Source: Octopus sinensis
Lineage: Eukaryota
Direction: 5' to 3'
DNA: 64,000 nt
Assembly (NCBI RefSeq): GCF_006345805.1
Contig: NC_043001.1
Location: forward strand, 92,008,001-92,072,000
Part shown: piece by piece, positions 61,780 through 64,000 of the stretch
Numbering within the stretch: position 1 is the first letter of the stretch
How the letters are laid out: every line of letters starts with the position of its first letter
Notes under the pieces: generated by a model
The model's input: the letters and a program-made list of their open reading frames with translations, nothing else
What the model was told of the DNA's origin: nothing
Database searches by the model: none
Position numbers and translations under genes: made by a program

Positions 61780-61985
61780 TGTGAAAGTTCGATTCCAGGC
61801 CAGCATGTTTGGGGAGTGAGTCGATTGCATCGACCCCATTGCTCAAGTGGTACTTATTTTATCGACTACGAGACGACGAAAGGCAAAGTCGACCTCGGCA
61901 GCATTTGAAATGAGGATGTAAAGACGGACGAAATTCTACTAAACATTTTGCCCGGCATAATAACGATTCTAACAGCTCACCGCCT
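61780..61985 (-). mobile_element. Old SINE-A copy
   Basis: Homology. Confidence 0.78.
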
Positions 61986-62099
61986 TAAGAATAACAAGAA
62001 AATTATAACAAACAAAATCTCCAATCAAGAAGTCCCATAGATCCCGAATCACTTTTATTACAGGCGTGCTATGATAAATGCGACTCTCTCCTCTGTAAT

Positions 62100-63105
62100 T
62101 TTCAGCCTACAGGCAAATGGTTTGAGCAATTCTGTTCACTCGGGCCATTTTCGTTACATTCACCTTTTTACACATTTACCTCCCGCTCCTGTCTCATCTT
62201 CCTTTCTGACTGGAACCTGAAAAAGTTGACTAAGGTCTCGGCCGAAGAGGAAAGAGTCACCGACCGTATTGACCGGCTGGCAAAGGGCTGTGAGCACCAG
62301 GTGATTCTCAAGGTGTCAAGCGCCCTGCCTCACATCTGATAGAAGACAGCAGCTTTGTCAACGAGACGAACTTGGGTAAAGTGCTTCTGGCAAACAGCGA
62401 GTTTGTCACCAGAGATGTCGTTTCCTCAGCTCATTAACCACATACGCCATATGCAGCAGATGTTGACAGCAAATGGACCTTTCGGCCAGTGGAACTTCTC
62501 CTCTCGACAGAAAGCGGAGAGCGTTCCATTCTGGTCCCCTGTACAATCTTCCTTACACTTTTAATTATATATTGCGCGTAATGAAGGTTGTCATAGACAG
62601 ACCATTTTGAAATGGCACAACTGGGACGTGAACCAATTGGAAATGATTGAGCAGATCTGGGAGACTTTCACACACTCTTCTTGTATTAGTTCGTACCCCA
62701 CACAATCCAGATGTGCATCAAAGACGGCATTGCAATCACCGACCAACAAATATTACAGTACAAAACGTTCCAGGAAAATCTTAGGACGTCTGAAGAAATC
62801 TCGCTGCCTTGTCACCGTCGGGAAATACACATCGTTTAGTCTAAAGCACTGCCTTCGATACTGCTCACGTCCAGGATCACCAACTTACCGTATCTCAGCA
62901 AGATCGACAGTGTCTCAAGGCCTAGGCTTTTACAAAACAGAATTGTGCTCCCACTTCTCGGCCGAGAATGGCATGTTAAAACTTCAATGCCTCCAAAATG
63001 GATGCTACAACGCTGATGACTACTACATCCGAAGATAGTGACCTGCGTTCATTGAGCAGGTAACCTTGTTTTCAGATAGACCCAAAGACTAAGTGCATTT
63101 ATACT
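62100..63105 (-). pseudogene. Degraded L1/Tx1-like ORF2: APE endonuclease joined to C-terminus
   Basis: Minus frames VASINAL...QGYLLNERRSLSSDVVVIS...GKLVILDVS...FRLNDVYFP...DFFRR...LLVGDCNAVFDAHLD, then ...TLVNFFRFQSERKMRQER...VNVTKMARVN. Confidence 0.72.
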
Positions 63106-63278
63106 CGCCACCCCCTTTCAGAGCCACCATGCTGATAGAAAGAAATGTCTTATTTACCATTTTGGCAAAGCACTTGAAAACTAAGCACCGAAAACTTGTG
63201 GATACCTAAGGTTACAAGTAGTAACCAGCTAACCACATAAATTCTACCAGAAATAAGGCCGAACTTGAGCCGAACTAA

Positions 63279-63332
<54 letters not shown>

Positions 63333-63333
<1 letters not shown>

Positions 63334-63820
63334 TACATTGTTTTTATCTTGGTATAAAAGATGGGCTACAGCAAATATTCTGCTCAATACCACAGATTTC
63401 CTTGTCAATTGTTTGATCTTAACCAGTTGAGCATTTCCCTTAGTGGCTGACGATATGTGCATCTCTGATCATGAGCAGAAGTAGTGGGGGAGCATCATAG
63501 CCGTGTGTTGAGAGGGATTGTGTGTGTGTGTGGGGGGGTGAATAATTCACCTCTGGAGACATGGGTATTTCGTTCAACATCTTTAAACAACCCTTATTCA
63601 GGAATCTTTAGAGCGGGATGGGCTACTCGACCAGATGAATATTCTAACTGGGCCCCACCTGCAAGGTCACGTGCTGTTTATCTTGATATGAGATCACCAT
63701 GTCGTGCACATATGGTTGTGATGCATGTGCCTAGTGTACCCTTATCAGACGGGTAGTCATGATGGATATACTGGGCTTCATATATTTTACCTCAGTTTCA
63801 CTTTGATGGCACTCACTCAA
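63333..63820. mobile_element. About 490-bp non-coding element embedded between (AAT)n runs
   Basis: (AAT)n at 63279-63332 and 63820-63833. Single copy in this window; its repeat nature is inferred from memory of octopus DNA. Confidence 0.4.
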
Positions 63821-64000
63821 TAATAATAATAATTCTTATTTAGGCAAAAGTCCAGCAGTTTTAAAGGGAAGACGTTAATCCATGGCACTTGAGCGCGTAC
63901 TTGGTAAACATTTCATTTTATCAATTCTAGTCGGATGAACTCTGCGGGATTTGATGTTAGAACGGAAAGAGTAAAAACAAATACCGCAGACCATTTTTTT

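Noticed and set aside
62607-63038. 143-aa plus-strand ORF
   Set aside because: Antisense shadow of the degraded L1-like endonuclease
1-64000. Fanzor/TnpB, viral, Polinton or bacterial insert
   Set aside because: No RuvC/zinc-finger, capsid, polB or operon-like ORFs visible by eye; short degraded remnants cannot be excluded without an HMM search

Overview
AT-rich, repeat-saturated non-coding eukaryotic DNA with one 100-N assembly gap (37588-37687). The SINE families and the extreme (TA)n/(CA)n/(TACA)n load look like an octopus (coleoid cephalopod) genome; this is recognition from memory, not a database result. No intact protein-coding gene is supported. Nearly all ORF-track entries are microsatellite translations, antisense frames or SINE sequence. 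The real coding remnants are all transposon-derived: L1/Tx1-like LINE (ORF1, APE endonuclease, ORF2 C-terminus), CR1-like RT, R4/Dong-like RLE LINEs clustered at (TAA)n, several mariner/Tc1 elements and a pogo/Tigger transposase. Non-coding elements include four tRNA-headed SINE families (called A-D here), a 122-bp LTR with a tRNA-Ser PBS plus a solo copy, two non-autonomous Helitrons, MITEs, and many Penelope-like pseudo-LTR (pLTR) pieces with minimal hammerhead-ribozyme (HHR) motifs. The most interesting observations are: a tRNA-head/Penelope-HHR chimeric element; a 327-bp palindrome with a hammerhead on each strand; one SINE body with three interchangeable 3' tails, one tied to CAA/CAG repeats; tandem SINE multimers with a private variant; a mirror-image RLE-LINE cluster; and a locally templated inverted insertion. 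Coordinates are hand-counted. Degenerate element boundaries are approximate (about +/-20 bp).
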